Of a DNA stretch of 64,000 bases, positions 1-12,900 are shown piece by piece. The position numbers and the translations under genes are program-made. The stretch's first letter is position 1; each line of letters opens with the position of its first letter. The stretch is from Kudoa neothunni (taxonomy: Eukaryota > Animalia > Cnidaria), in the NCBI GenBank assembly GCA_964304625.1, contig OZ199839.1, positions 7,010,234 through 7,074,233 on the forward strand, written 5' to 3'. The notes beneath the pieces were generated by a model. It had not been told where the DNA came from. It did not search any database and saw only the letters and a list, made by a program, of their open reading frames with translations.

Positions 1-41
1 TAAATTATGCACGTTAAAATATATTGCTCATTATAATAAAA

Positions 42-1189
42 TCTACTGTATATATAAAGTAGTAGTGTCCGTGTGTGTTAGCAAGTACGCATGTGCGTCA
101 AAATTATTTCCTTTTAGAGAGACATTTATAAATTTTTTATAACCCATAATGTTAAAAAAATATTTAAATCGTTTTCACACTACCAAAAGTTCCCTAAAGT
201 GGTTAGAAAATGGTGATTTTGTCGATTCAAAGTTTGTTTATCAGATTACTTGAGTTCAACAATAGAATTAACATCTGCTTATTACCTGCCGATGGTTGGT
301 TGAAGTTAACTTTCCTCCTTATATACTTTATCAAATTTAAATTAAGCGATATCGTCTGACTTTGTATATAATTTAGTGTGTAAATTTAGGTGTTTGTGCA
401 AATACACTCCTTATTTATGGAGTTGTAACGTATTTGACTTGATAAACACATTTTAAAGGTTCGATTAGTGGTTTTAGATATGATAAATAATTTATATATG
501 TTTCATGAATAACGAATTGGTGGAGAACGTTAGACTTATATTGATTGAAGCATTATAATGGAAATACTGCGTCCGTAGATTTCATTGAAATCGTCCACTA
601 AGTTTAACATTCTATGATTAAATTCAATGCAGGTGGTTGTACTTTTATTTCACCCAATTATTTAAATTGTTAAAGTTGGCGCGATTTGTGGCTGTTTATG
701 GGAAAACGTGCGTTAAGCTCTTGCCTGGCCAAGGGATAATAATTAATTTCCGTCTATTTTCTTCTATCTCCATGTATTTTTCTGTTTGTTTGTCTCCCGC
801 AAATAGTGATAGTGATGCAAAAACTTCCTGAGCCGGGCAAGAATTCGACTTTGAGAAATCGCAGGATCACAAAATAACGTTTTAACTAGCCCTTTAATGG
901 AATTTAAAAAATTCAGGGATGCAGATTAAACACAACGTTGACGCTAAGTTATTTGGTTTTGGTGCGGGGCCCCAAATTTTTAAATGAACGCCGGGATTGG
1001 TACATTCCTTCACCGAAATTATCATAATTTAAATTTCATATTCACAATCGTATAATATAAAGCTTAAAATTTTTTTTAGTTTGATTGAATCTATAGGTTA
1101 ATTTGAAAATATTAATATCTTTTTTGAATGTTATTAAGGAATTTTGTAGTGCTTATTACTCCCAAGCAACGCTGGGCAGTTACTGCCAG
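42..1189 (+). mobile_element. Non-autonomous Helitron, copy 1
   Basis: Inserted between A and T. 5' end TCTACTGTATATATAAAG; 3' end CCCAAGCAACGCTGGG hairpin then CCAG (CTAG variant). Alignable along its length with 61195-62332. Confidence 0.75.
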
Positions 1190-2495
1190 TAATAAATATA
1201 ATTCGATTGAATTACTGACACTCAGCATCGCACATAGATAACCAATTTTGATCAGATGTACGGCTTGGAGTCTTCAACGTTTATTGTTTTATTCAAATCG
1301 ACAGTTTTTATCGATCGAAATAAAAAGGTTAAATTTGATTCCTATCAACTTTTACCGAGATAAAAGATTAATATTCGGATTATATCGAATATTTTCAACC
1401 TCATTTGGAGGTGACACACTCAGTTAATTTGTTATAAGCTTTTATATTGAATTATTTTTGGCTGATTACTACTGTCTTAGGCGTTCAGGAATAAATACAA
1501 TAACTATATTGAAAAAACTTGTCCCATCTCATTATTATAATTCATAACAATAGCCATTTTCTGAATTTTAGTATATTATAGATCTAATATGTTACTTTTT
1601 AGGATTATTACCGATAGAAAATATCATAAACAAGGAGGTTAAAAACAAAATGATAATGAAGTTTAAGTCTAGGTCTAATCTTTAATTCGATTTTTTGGCG
1701 AATCCTTAAGTCTCTTTCAGAATAAAATGTTATAAACCATTGGCTTAACCAGAACGAATAATTATGAATTGTAATAAGTATTTTCGGAACTATTCCATGT
1801 ATTTTCTATTCTGATTCTGTTAGAATTGACAAAGTTTATCTTGAGTAGTCGGATAAAAAAATTAAACCAATTAGGTCTCTCAGCATGATTGTCAATCGGT
1901 ATCAATTGTCTGTAATATTTGTTCGGGAAATCATGATAAACTGAACGAACTATAGTGATACAACTTAATAGAGCTCTACGAATAAAATAGGCTGTAAAAT
2001 ACCATTATTAATAAAAAGGCACAAAGTTGTTACTTTTTTTAATATAATGAATATTATATATGTATAAAAATTGAGTATAATTAAATAATTGAATTATTAA
2101 TGCCAACTATAACACAATAAGTCCAATATAAACGGAAGAAAGTTATCATTAGAACATTGGAAAAATATTAAAAGCACGTTGGATATTAAAATTATTGGTG
2201 TGGTGCTAATATTTGCACCAACTAGCCCGAAATTAATAAATATAATCTGTATTTATAAAGCTTGATCAAAATACTTATTATACCTGTTATACAACTACGT
2301 AGTTTGACAATCTGTGAATCATTACAGGTGAAGGATAAGAAACATAAGTGAATTTGATCGTTAGTAAATTCGATACATATATTATACACCGAATATAGTT
2401 GACTGTAACCAAGGAATAACTATAATTTATTGGTTACCTTACCCAATAATTTGTTTAAATTACACTCAGACGAATGATCCCTCTATGAGTGTAAA

Positions 2496-2519
2496 AATAT
2501 ATATATATATATATATATA
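2496..2519. repeat. (AT)n microsatellite
   Basis: Direct reading of an ATATAT run. Confidence 0.9.
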
Positions 2520-3393
2520 GTTAAATTGTAAGTAATAATATATCTAATAAATAGCCGACGGTTTGTATATATTTTCTGATTTATTTTAAGGACAAATTCA
2601 ACTCTATCTTAACCGAGGTTTGTATCAATATACGTAAAGGATTAACTGGAATAAGCCAGGATTATATTGTTAATGAACCTGTTTCAAGTTAAATAATGGA
2701 CCAAGGTTGTTGGGAAAACTCAAGATAACGTTTCTATATCATAATTTTTCATTATACGAGTTTTGACGATAAATTAAAAGTGGATAGTTGTGTTAGTTGG
2801 TATGTTTAATCCAATTAACGCCGCACAAACGATAAGTAGTTTTATTTGATTTTAAACTGTGGATAATTTCACTTAAAATACTTTTCAAATGATGATAAAG
2901 AAAAGTATTATCGTATGAATGTAGTGTAATTCAAATAATACCAACAAACGAATTACTACGGTTGTTCGAGTGTTGAATAGAATATATCCATAGCAATAGA
3001 ATCGTTTATATAGATATATATGAAATGGGATTAGTGGAATGCTAGGCGAAAAATTGGCCCGATTCCAATAGCAAGAATCATTTCTCAGTTAAACTGATGA
3101 GGAAATAATTTAGCGCGACCCCATTAAGTATGCGTACAGGATGGATAGGTTAAAATTAATTATACAACCGAATTGGAACATCAGATTGGCACACCCCAGT
3201 ATATTATTTACTTAAGACCCAGGAATTAGCTTAACACTACTTAACGATGTTTCACATTCGATCAATAAGATCGGGCCCAAATCCAGGTTATTAATTAGGG
3301 GTTATTTGTGTGTGTGTTTATAGAAGAGCTGGATCGAGGTAATGTTGATATCGAATAGGTTGTCAGTTGAAATTCATATCGGTCCATTTAGAA

Positions 3394-4298
3394 ATGTCAG
3401 AACGAAGCAATCTCATATATAGAGCTCGTCTTGCTGAGCAAGCCGAACGATACCAAGATATGGCTGAATTGATGACCAAAGTATCAGGAATGGGTGAAGA
3501 GTTGTCGGACGATGAGAGAAATCTTTTGTCGGTTGCTTTCAAAAATGTGGTTGGTGTCCATCGTACGTCGTGGCGACTTATGAGTGATTATGAACACAAA
3601 ACCCAAAATGATTCATCCCGTATCGAAATGATCAAAGACTACAAGAAGGTGATTGAAAAAGATCTCGACAAAAGTTGTCAAGACACCCTTCATATCATTG
3701 ACACCTACCTCATACCAATGTCCAAAGATGTGGAATCAAGTGTTTTCAATTACAAAATGAAGGCCGACTACCTCAGATACATGGCAGAAACCAAATTTGC
3801 CAAAGATCGTGAAGAGCTAGCAGAAAAAGCTCAGGAGGTAATACCACTGTTGGTTTTCTATCTTTATCCACCTACATATTTACCTATTTACCTATTTACC
3901 TATCTATCTATCTATCTACCTACCTACCTACCTACCTATCTACCTGTTGGTGGAATAATGCTATTCTTATACACTTTATAATTACGTTGATAATACATGC
4001 TATTTAATAGGTGTATGAGACAGCGTACAATCTCGCTACCAAACTTCCAGCAACTCACCCTATCAGACTGGGACTTGTACTCAACTATTCAGTGTTCTTT
4101 TATGAAATTAAATTTTCCTCTGAAAAAGCCTGTGAACTAGCAAAAGCTGCCTTCGATGCTGCTATTCCTGAATTGGATTCTATGTCTGATGAAAAAGGAA
4201 GAGATGCCACCATCATTCTCCAACTTTTGAGGGATAACCTCACTTTATGGAACTCCAGCCTCAACCAAACCGAAGATCAAGACAATGAAATGTATTGA
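3394..4298 (+). CDS. YWHA: 14-3-3 protein; exons 3394-3837 and 4011-4298
   Basis: Motifs [63 protein letters not shown]. Phase-0 GT..AG intron at 3838-4010. Confidence 0.97.
3865..3945 (+). repeat. Compound tetranucleotide microsatellite (CTAC/TATC/TTAC) in the 14-3-3 intron
   Basis: cctacctacctac and tatctatctatc runs; source of the spurious YLPT tail in the ORF track. Confidence 0.9.
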
Positions 4299-4479
4299 TG
4301 GTCCCCACTTTGTTTTGTCTCAATTCAATATTGATCCAACACCTCCTTTTTCAATCGAACCTTCAAAGAGAAATCATCCTTGTTTCTTTATTTAATATAC
4401 TAACATAGATATATGAGAATAAATATTTTTGTTTTGTTTATTTATTTCTTCGCTAAAGTTTTCACTATAAATCATATAC

Positions 4480-4577
4480 AATAAATAATAATAATAATAA
4501 ATAATAATAATAATAAATAATAATAATAATAAATAATAATAATAATAAATAACGAATAATAATAAATAACGAATAAT
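4480..4577 (+). repeat. (AAT)n microsatellite, degenerate at the 3' end
   Basis: Direct reading. Confidence 0.9.
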
Positions 4578-7500
4578 TTGGCAATGGGGTAAATGATGGG
4601 AAAAGGAATTGTAAGTTTGCGCATATTCTTAAGAGAGTTGTATTGATCGTTGAGAGTTGATTAAACTACCTGTAATAGTTCTCAGAAAGTTTTGACGAAT
4701 TTTTAATGTAGATTGAGGTGAGTTTATTTGAGGTTTTTATAGATAGAAAAATATACTTTATTAATTTTTATATTTAATTTATTATAGTGAATTTTATTGG
4801 TCAGAAATTTTCATAATTAAATAATAAGTTATTGAAATATTTTTTTACGATTTATTGTAAAAATATTTTACATATGTAAAATTTAACTGATCTGTAAGTA
4901 TTTTTCCAAACACGCATGTGCGACATTTTGTTAAAGTATTTTTATAATTATATCAGTTATTATATAAATTTCAAAATTTCGTTTATTAGATTTAAAACAC
5001 GATTATTACATTTAAGATTTCTTAAGCTGATTAATGTTAATGATAAGATCATTTTCGTTTGAGGTTGATTAAACGTATTACGAGAAAATTAGATCCCTTT
5101 GAACTATATAAGTAAATTGATGAATAATGGCGGATTAACAATCGTTGTTATAAAGGAGTGATCAACCAGGATTAAATGCACTCAAAAAATCACGTAAATA
5201 TAGTTGGAGTACGATAAATTATACCATAATTAATTTAAAAAATCTGAAAAGTGCTAATTTTTTACTTAGCTTGCAAATCAGATATATATAAAGATTAAAC
5301 TGCTTTATCAGGTCACGTTCAACTTTTAGAAGAACTAAAATTTGGATTGGAAATTTAATAAAATTCATTAATTAATTTTCTACATTAGTTTAAATTACTT
5401 CATAAGCTTAATATTCGTAGTTTTAACTATCAACTTTAAATTAATCTTATTAGTTCCTACTCTCAAAGACTTGATAGAAAATATTTAAGTCAATCACAGA
5501 TTTTATTTCAGATTATTCAAAATAATGTGAAAATTAGATAAAAATGTGATATAACTCGCATTAGGGATGATTTTAGAATTTGCAGACTTGATTACTTTCA
5601 ATAAGGTAGGGTCCATTCGCATGGTGTTTTATTTCATAGTTAAATGAAAATTAAATGTTTTGTTCGTTGAGTGAAGTATCATTACCAAGGTTAACATAGA
5701 TTAAATTAATACGATAACTATCATAAAGAAAACAACCAATAATTTACTCTCAGAAATGACCAATCTCTCGAGATAATGAATCGAAATTGAATAACTAGTA
5801 TTCTATCCCAAATATTTATATTAAATGTAAAATTCTTGATGTAATCTTAATTTTTTATTATATTTTTTTATGAGTTAATATAGTTGGAATTGCTTTGGAA
5901 GTGTTAATAGATAATAGATAATAGGGCGAAAAATTAATTTTAAAATTTGATCATAATTATAAATTTATAACTATGGAGTCCTAAGTTAGGACGTATAATT
6001 ATTGCATCAAATCAAAAGAATTCCTCTTAAAACGACAGGAATGTAGTACATTAATAGCCGGTTCTACAAACAAATATTTTAAGGTAGTTTTCTTTCTTCT
6101 TAATATACTTTGATGATATTAAACAAGCAATTTTTTATTTTATTTTATATATTTTTGTGAATTCTAAACAAACAGAGTTCAAAAAGAGAGAAAAAACAAA
6201 AACAAAAATCACGTGATCGATTTTTCCTGATCAACATTGCTTATATATTAGTTTTTTATTATCAATAATTGTCCAAATTAATTGAAAAAAATATGTTTTA
6301 GTTTATTGCAGAATAATAATGTTTTAGATTAGTCTTACACCATGAATGGCGATAACTATTACTTTATTGTCATTTAACATGCCAAAGATTAACATATGTA
6401 ATTAAATTTTTAAAATTAACGATAAATTGTATAATAAACTTGAATATAATCTTTTATAAAATTATAGGAATTTAATTAATGGAAATATTGGTTTTTTGGA
6501 CCAACACGCTTATTACCGGATTCGCTGAAAGCGACCCCCAAAAATTTAAATATCGCGTACACATTAAATATATAAAATAACTTCAAAGAGTATGTACATT
6601 GACTTATAAACGATTATTGTTTCCTTTACTGAAAAAATTACAATTTAGAAAAAATTTTTTTTATGGTGGTACTACCGTCGTTGAGCCAATTTTCTCTTTT
6701 ACTTGGAGGATTCAAATAATTATTAATGGGATATTCTTCCCGCTATACCTACCAAATTAATGAGTCTACTTAATTAAACAAGCATAGATGAGCCATACAA
6801 TGAAAATTTTAAACATCACACGTAATTTAGAAACATGTTATGTAGCGACCGATTAAGGAAATTCGAATGATCCTAAGATTGAATAAGAGGGGTAAATATT
6901 TACAAATGACAAAAATTTAAGTGAATTTTAACATTTGTTGTGTTAAAGGAGTAGTTTTTCTTAAATTATATCGAGAGGACGATTAAAAAAATTCTTTTGT
7001 ATATGCGCAATCGAAACGGAGTAAAAGTGGCTAAATGGTTAGTTTTTTTAAGATTTTCTCATTTCGGACGGATTAAATTAAAATGATAACTTGCTGTAAT
7101 AGTTTCGATTTTATGTCCATGATTCAATTTATTTTCTGATCTTAAATTATTATTAATTATAGTATATTAAAGTTGTTGAAAATTTCGTTTTTACCGATTT
7201 CTATTTGAGCCTTATTTAAACAATTGGTGAATTACTTTTTACCTTATCTCTTATTAATTTGTAGGATAAGGTCAAAATATTGATTATTTTTCTTAATAAT
7301 AATCAATTACTGTCTGGAAATAATGAAAAATTTGACAGCGCATCATACATAACTTTTGTCATATGTCCAACTTACTTCATAGTTTTATTTTAATAACAGA
7401 TTAATTCATTTTACATAATAGCCAAAAATTAAAAAAAAATCATATCACGACACCAATATTAAGAAAAGTTAGAACTTTGCGCTATAATTAATAAATTTTG

Positions 7501-7705
7501 TTAAAAAATCGAATAAACCCCTTACTTTAATTAGTAGAACCCCTACTTCACTGGATCTAATTTCACAATACTCATGCTTGACTTTAGCTTGTTTTAAACG
7601 TACATAAATTGCTGAAAATTCAAAACTAACAAAAATCAAAATCAATCCTAACAACTAAAAAATCAAAATGTTATTATTTAATGGAGGAAATCATAACAAC
7701 AATAG

Positions 7706-8233
7706 TTATTTATCATTGTAGGTCTTGGGAGTGGAATTGAGGTGGCGTAAAATAGGGTTGGTATCAGAATTACGCTTCTTTGACAAAAAATTCAATGAAT
7801 TTCGAATTTTTGCATGGAATAGTATCTTAGAAATAGCAGGTTGCTCGTCGTAGTCAATAGAGCTCAAACCATCAATAAGTTCCCGAATAAAACTGAGGTA
7901 GTTGTTGGATATTGAGTAGACCTTGTTGGTGTTATCGTCATAGTTTAAGGTGAAAAATTTATCGCTGTTTAAAATGAAATCTATCAAGTCAAACCCTTCA
8001 ATAATATGAGTTTTCTCGTTGAGACTCACTGATGTATTTACACGGCGTGCGACTTGAATAGTGTATTTGTGAGCACCCACCAACACATCAAAGAATGGAC
8101 AATAGTCTTTGACTGACTGGTGTATTTCAGCTACCGATTTTGAGCATTTTTTATCATCCAAAATTATTTTTGCAATTAGCACTTCGAGAGGAAACACCGG
8201 CGGATTGAGATTGGAGTGAAATGCAGCTAACAT
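7706..8233 (-). CDS. Orphan protein (175 aa), possibly a highly divergent forkhead/winged-helix domain
   Basis: Long ORF in about 27% GC DNA. NPPVFPLEVLIAKIILDDKKCSKSVAEIHQSVKDYCPFF resembles the Fox H1-H2 pattern KPPYSYIALIAMAI..LTLSEIYQYI..FPYY; SVSLNE resembles NLSLNE. Confidence 0.5.
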   Translation of the reverse strand: MLAAFHSNLNPPVFPLEVLIAKIILDDKKCSKSVAEIHQSVKDYCPFFDVLVGAHKYTIQVARRVNTSVSLNEKTHIIEGFDLIDFILNSDKFFTLNYDDNTNKVYSISNNYLSFIRELIDGLSSIDYDEQPAISKILFHAKIRNSLNFLSKKRNSDTNPILRHLNSTPKTYNDK

Positions 8234-8771
8234 TTTCTAATAGGATTTTGTTTATTGGAGGAGGCTGTCAGTTGATGGTTTGGTTGTCTATGGAAATCAC
8301 ATAGTTTCTAAACACTTATTAGTTAGCCTATTGTATTTAATAATTATTCTTAAACCGAACTTAATTCTGAAGGTTTTTATAATAAAAAAATTACCGAGTA
8401 GCATTAGCACCACTATTATCATACAAATCCCCACCTATAGAGATAAAAATCTGGTAGTTTTGCTCAATTCCCATCTTTTCAAGATCATTAGATAATCTAG
8501 TAGTAAAATAGACTACTAGATCTTGAAAGTTCTCAAACAACAATTTAGAATCCAGTCTAAGCCAGACCTTTTAAGACTAATTTTGATTTCTTGATATTAC
8601 CGCCGATAAAAATACTATCAATAGGAACATAAAATTTAATTTCTGTCAAAATAAAATTCTTTTAAATTTAAAAAATCCGTTAAAATGAATTTTAGTTTGG
8701 CGTTATCTGATCTATTTACTTTTAATTACTTTATAGGATTAATTTGCTTTATATTAGCGTGTTGTCGGAAA

Positions 8772-9230
8772 ATGAAAAAGAAAAAGGTTTCCCCTCTAAA
8801 AAAAACAAAAATATTTTGCAAAAGAATGTTTTCCAAAATATTTCGAAAGAAAGAGTCTGGCGACATATCGAGACACTCTAATCAATGTGAAATGAAGCGA
8901 ACAACGTTAAAAAGAGTGCAACCAATGATAGACATGTCAGCATTTAACTCCTCGTCGTCAGTTTCTGATAGTGGTAATTTTTCTGATGAAGTATATAAAC
9001 TGAAATTTAAAAACCACGATGAAAATCGCATATTTTCCATATTTTATGAATCAAACAATGCTGTCGAAGAAGCCATGTTTCTACTTTTTACTTACAATCT
9101 TCGAGTGGATCTCGATAAATTGGATGATAATGAACGCAGAGAGCATCCGGTTGCTAAAATGATGGATAGAATGAATCGTTACAACAATCCCAAACACCCC
9201 AATTACAAGATGCATTGCAGTGATCCTTAA
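8772..9230 (+). CDS. Orphan protein with basic N-terminus (NLS-like) and Ser-rich segment; start could alternatively be 8685
   Basis: 181-codon ORF with normal composition from MKKKKVSP onward; no recognisable family. Confidence 0.5.
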   Translation: MKKKKVSPLKKTKIFCKRMFSKIFRKKESGDISRHSNQCEMKRTTLKRVQPMIDMSAFNSSSSVSDSGNFSDEVYKLKFKNHDENRIFSIFYESNNAVEEAMFLLFTYNLRVDLDKLDDNERREHPVAKMMDRMNRYNNPKHPNYKMHCSDP

Positions 9231-9908
9231 AATTCCAATCATTGCCTATCTATTGATTCGTATATATTAGGTGGTGATATTATTCGTTATCAAGTATTGA
9301 AATATTATTGTTAATTGAGGAGTTTTTTTAGCAAAAAACAAATTAAATAGCTATTTTCAAATCATATTAGCGTTGTATGGAGATCAAGGATGAGTAAACT
9401 GGTGTTCTTAAATTAATATTTAATTTCTCCCTAATGCGAGTATATAACACTTATTCTGAAAAGTTTTCGTTGTCTACTCACCTAAATTCATGTGCCAACA
9501 AATTGAAGGTTACCGCTAAATTAAAGGTATATGTGTATTTTTGATTTTAATTAATTCTTATATCTATTGAATGTCATTATTACAACTTTAAACAATAATC
9601 GATACATGATCTTTCGTGAATAAATTAAAATGACGTAGTTTAAATATGTATTATTCTTTTATAATTATTAAAATATTATCTATCTAAAATGTCAAGCGCA
9701 GATTATTGAAGAAGAGCCCTCATAGCTCACATAGAACTACATAAATTTTATTTAGTGCATTTTTTATATAAAAGATGGAATGGATTAATCCGAATTTTTA
9801 AGGAATAAAAACACCACTAAATTTATAGTAAAAACTTTTGGATTATTTCTATATAAAAACTCAGAAATAATGTGAAGTATAAAACATAAAAAACTAAAGC
9901 TATCAGTT

Positions 9909-12900
9909 TTAATGTAGGAGTTTCTTCTGCAGCACCTTCAGACATCTCTTGAACAAACGGAGAACAATACGATAATTGGATTGATATCTGTTGAGAGTGG
10001 ATACAATGGCGTTTAATGCCTCGTAAAGCATTTCATCATCAGAAATTATTTGGTCATTAGAAAGGTGCGGCAACGAAAAATTGTTGCCATGATGATTACA
10101 ATAACGCAATGAGAATATTTTCTCATGGAAAACTATCAAAATACAAACCAAGCATTCGACCAACCGTGTTGGGTCCATTCTTTTATTTTGACCTACAGAA
10201 TGAATTAGATTTAATTATTCAGTAAGACGGTCATATAAACTTAATATTTATAAGTAATATTAAAGGGAGATTAATTAATTGTTATTATATTAAAAAATTA
10301 ACTAATAATGATAACTAGTAGCAATAAATAATAAATTATTTAGAATATATACAAAATAATTGAAAACTTGATACTAAAAAAAAGAAAAATTTAATATTTG
10401 AGATATAAAAAAATAATATTAAATAATGTAATTAAGAAAATTAATTAATTAAAAAATCTAAATAATTAAGTAAAAAAAGTATATGGCGGAAGAAATTAAT
10501 TGGTTATGGTCACCGAAAACTGTTATAGTTAAATGACTGGCACAATTAACTAGATAAGAAAATAAGCTATAGGAACAATAGAATTTCTTATATTTATTAA
10601 AAGCTTGGAATAATTAGCTGAATGAAACGATTATGTAGTCAAAAGAATAAACGGCGTGAGTGATTAATTAATTAAAGTAACTAAGAGATCGAACTAATTA
10701 TCTAAATGAAACAATTAAATAGAACAAATCAAGTGACATGAATGATTAAGTAATTTAAAATAATTAATAAACAAAACGATAAGCGAGGTGAATGGTTAAG
10801 TTATTAAAGTAACTATAAAATTGAAACAATTAGATAAATATGAAATAATTAATTAGTTAAAACGGTAAGTGATACGAGCAGTTAAATAATTAAAAGTTGC
10901 TAGGAAATCGAAACAATAAAATTAATGAAATAATTAAGCAACACAAAAATAAATGGCGTAAGTGATTATGTAATTCAAAATAATACAGAATTTAATATAG
11001 TTAAATGAGTTGAGTATTTAAGTAGACAAAAGGTAAGTTAAAGGAGTTATTTAAATACTTAACAAACTGAAATAATTAAATGAATGGCATGATTAATTAG
11101 TTCACACGATAAGCGACAGAACCGATTTCAACAATTATGAAAATAACTATTGGGACGACTTCGCGTTTGATAATTAAATAATTATAAAATTAAAAATCGC
11201 TATTACATCGTCCAATCACTTTAACGTAGAAATGAATTTTTAGTCCAACCACCTGAAACATTATCCAAATATTATGCATAATAGTATGCTTGGAATTGAC
11301 CCAAACATTGAAAAACATGGGGTGGCCTTTGCTCAATAAGAATGCAATAATTTTCATTGAGATCTTTTTGTATGGATCAACATCAATACTGAAGAAGCAA
11401 TTTCTGTCGATCAACATAGATTCTATGTAGATGAAATGAATACTACATATATGAAGGATAGATTACCAGTGACAAGGTTTGTAAAACAAGGACTGGTCTC
11501 TAAAGTTGCACGATTGTCAGAATGATCTTTCCAGCTAATTCCGCACCATTCAAAACCACTCGAGTCACTCGTATCCACCAGACAGCATTGAATATCTAGT
11601 TCAGGATGAGAACAACTAAACTTGAAAAGTTCATTAAGATTGGTCCTAGTTTTGGATGAGTTGAGTTTTGCGTCGATTGACCCTATGGCATTTCTCAATT
11701 TGATCATAAAATCGAGTATCAGTCTTTTATTTCGACTAACCACCAAATAATCATCAACAAATCTAAACACAAGACAATCCTTCAAGCCATCATTTCTGAT
11801 GGGGATAGGATAGTTGTGGGTATTGGTTGGTTGAAAAAACTGTATCATATATTTGTACTCCAAAATTCCAAAGTAGAGCGATGCTAACAGTGTTGAAATT
11901 TTGAGTCCTTGAGGGATCCCATGAATGAGGCTCAATTTCATATCCTGACCAACCGCAGTGTCATTGAAATGGAATATCAATTGTGGTTCTATTGTACACT
12001 TTTTTAAAAGCTGCACAATGTGATTCACAGTTAGCTGCTGGCTTACTCGATTAAATCGATTTTTCGGCAGCATAACACATCCCTTTTTCACGCCACTACA
12101 ACAACTATCCGCCAGCTCATAACTATCATTGAGTTGATCAAATGACACCATCTTCTTAATTGAATATTTGCATTGATTTCCATAGTAACGAAGGATTTTA
12201 AATTCCTCTACATAACATCCATTTTTTGGAAGATATTGTGGTAGGAATTCTTCGAACAATGTTCGATGATCGATACTATTGAAACAATCTTTGATATCGG
12301 CGGAAAGAAAATAGAATGGAGAAGTTGGCTCATTTAATCTATGTAGAGATGGATGAAATTTTCGATGAAAAACGTGCGAATATACTGATTTTTAGAATTG
12401 GATAGTGTTTGGTTGAGAAAACTAATCAATTTTTTATGAATCTCATTGTTGGATAGAACTGAAAATCCAAACAAATGAGGAAAATTGCTTCGAAGAGATG
12501 TCAACAATTCGTAGCAAAAATCGATTTGATATTTGAATAACTTTTGGCTAAACGCGAAAATGATAATAATAGAATCACACAAATTCGACTACCTTTTCAT
12601 AAAAGAACAAGAAATAATTGGACGACATGTGTCTTTTTTGGGAATGAATCTTAATTTGAATTTCATAGTGTTGATGTTATTATTGACTGATGGCTTTATT
12701 ACTTGAGTGTCTGCCGTAGAAAGACGAGAAAAGAGTGGTTGGACACATTTAGATTTAGTGTTATCTTTAGTTACTCTGTAGTAGTAGTTTTTTTGTATGC
12801 TAGTCCAGCAGTTCTTCCTGTAGTAATGAAGTTGAGTGTTGTTATTGGAGTGTTCTGTGATGTGAAAACAATATCTCAGTAGATCCACAATCAATTCGTT

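Noticed and set aside
3339-3393. Spliced-leader trans-splicing suggested by AG acceptors just before ATGs (14-3-3, TERT)
   Set aside because: Ordinary GT donors lie about 50-60 nt upstream, so cis-spliced 5' UTR introns suffice.
3838-3981. YLPT-repeat C-terminal extension of 14-3-3 in the ORF track
   Set aside because: Translation of an intronic microsatellite.
7469-7654. Second exon or separate gene downstream of the Fox-like ORF
   Set aside because: No suitable donor before the upstream stop, non-ATG start, no recognisable motif.
10560-11150. CRISPR-like array
   Set aside because: Eukaryotic intron; units are degenerate throughout, with no repeat-spacer structure.
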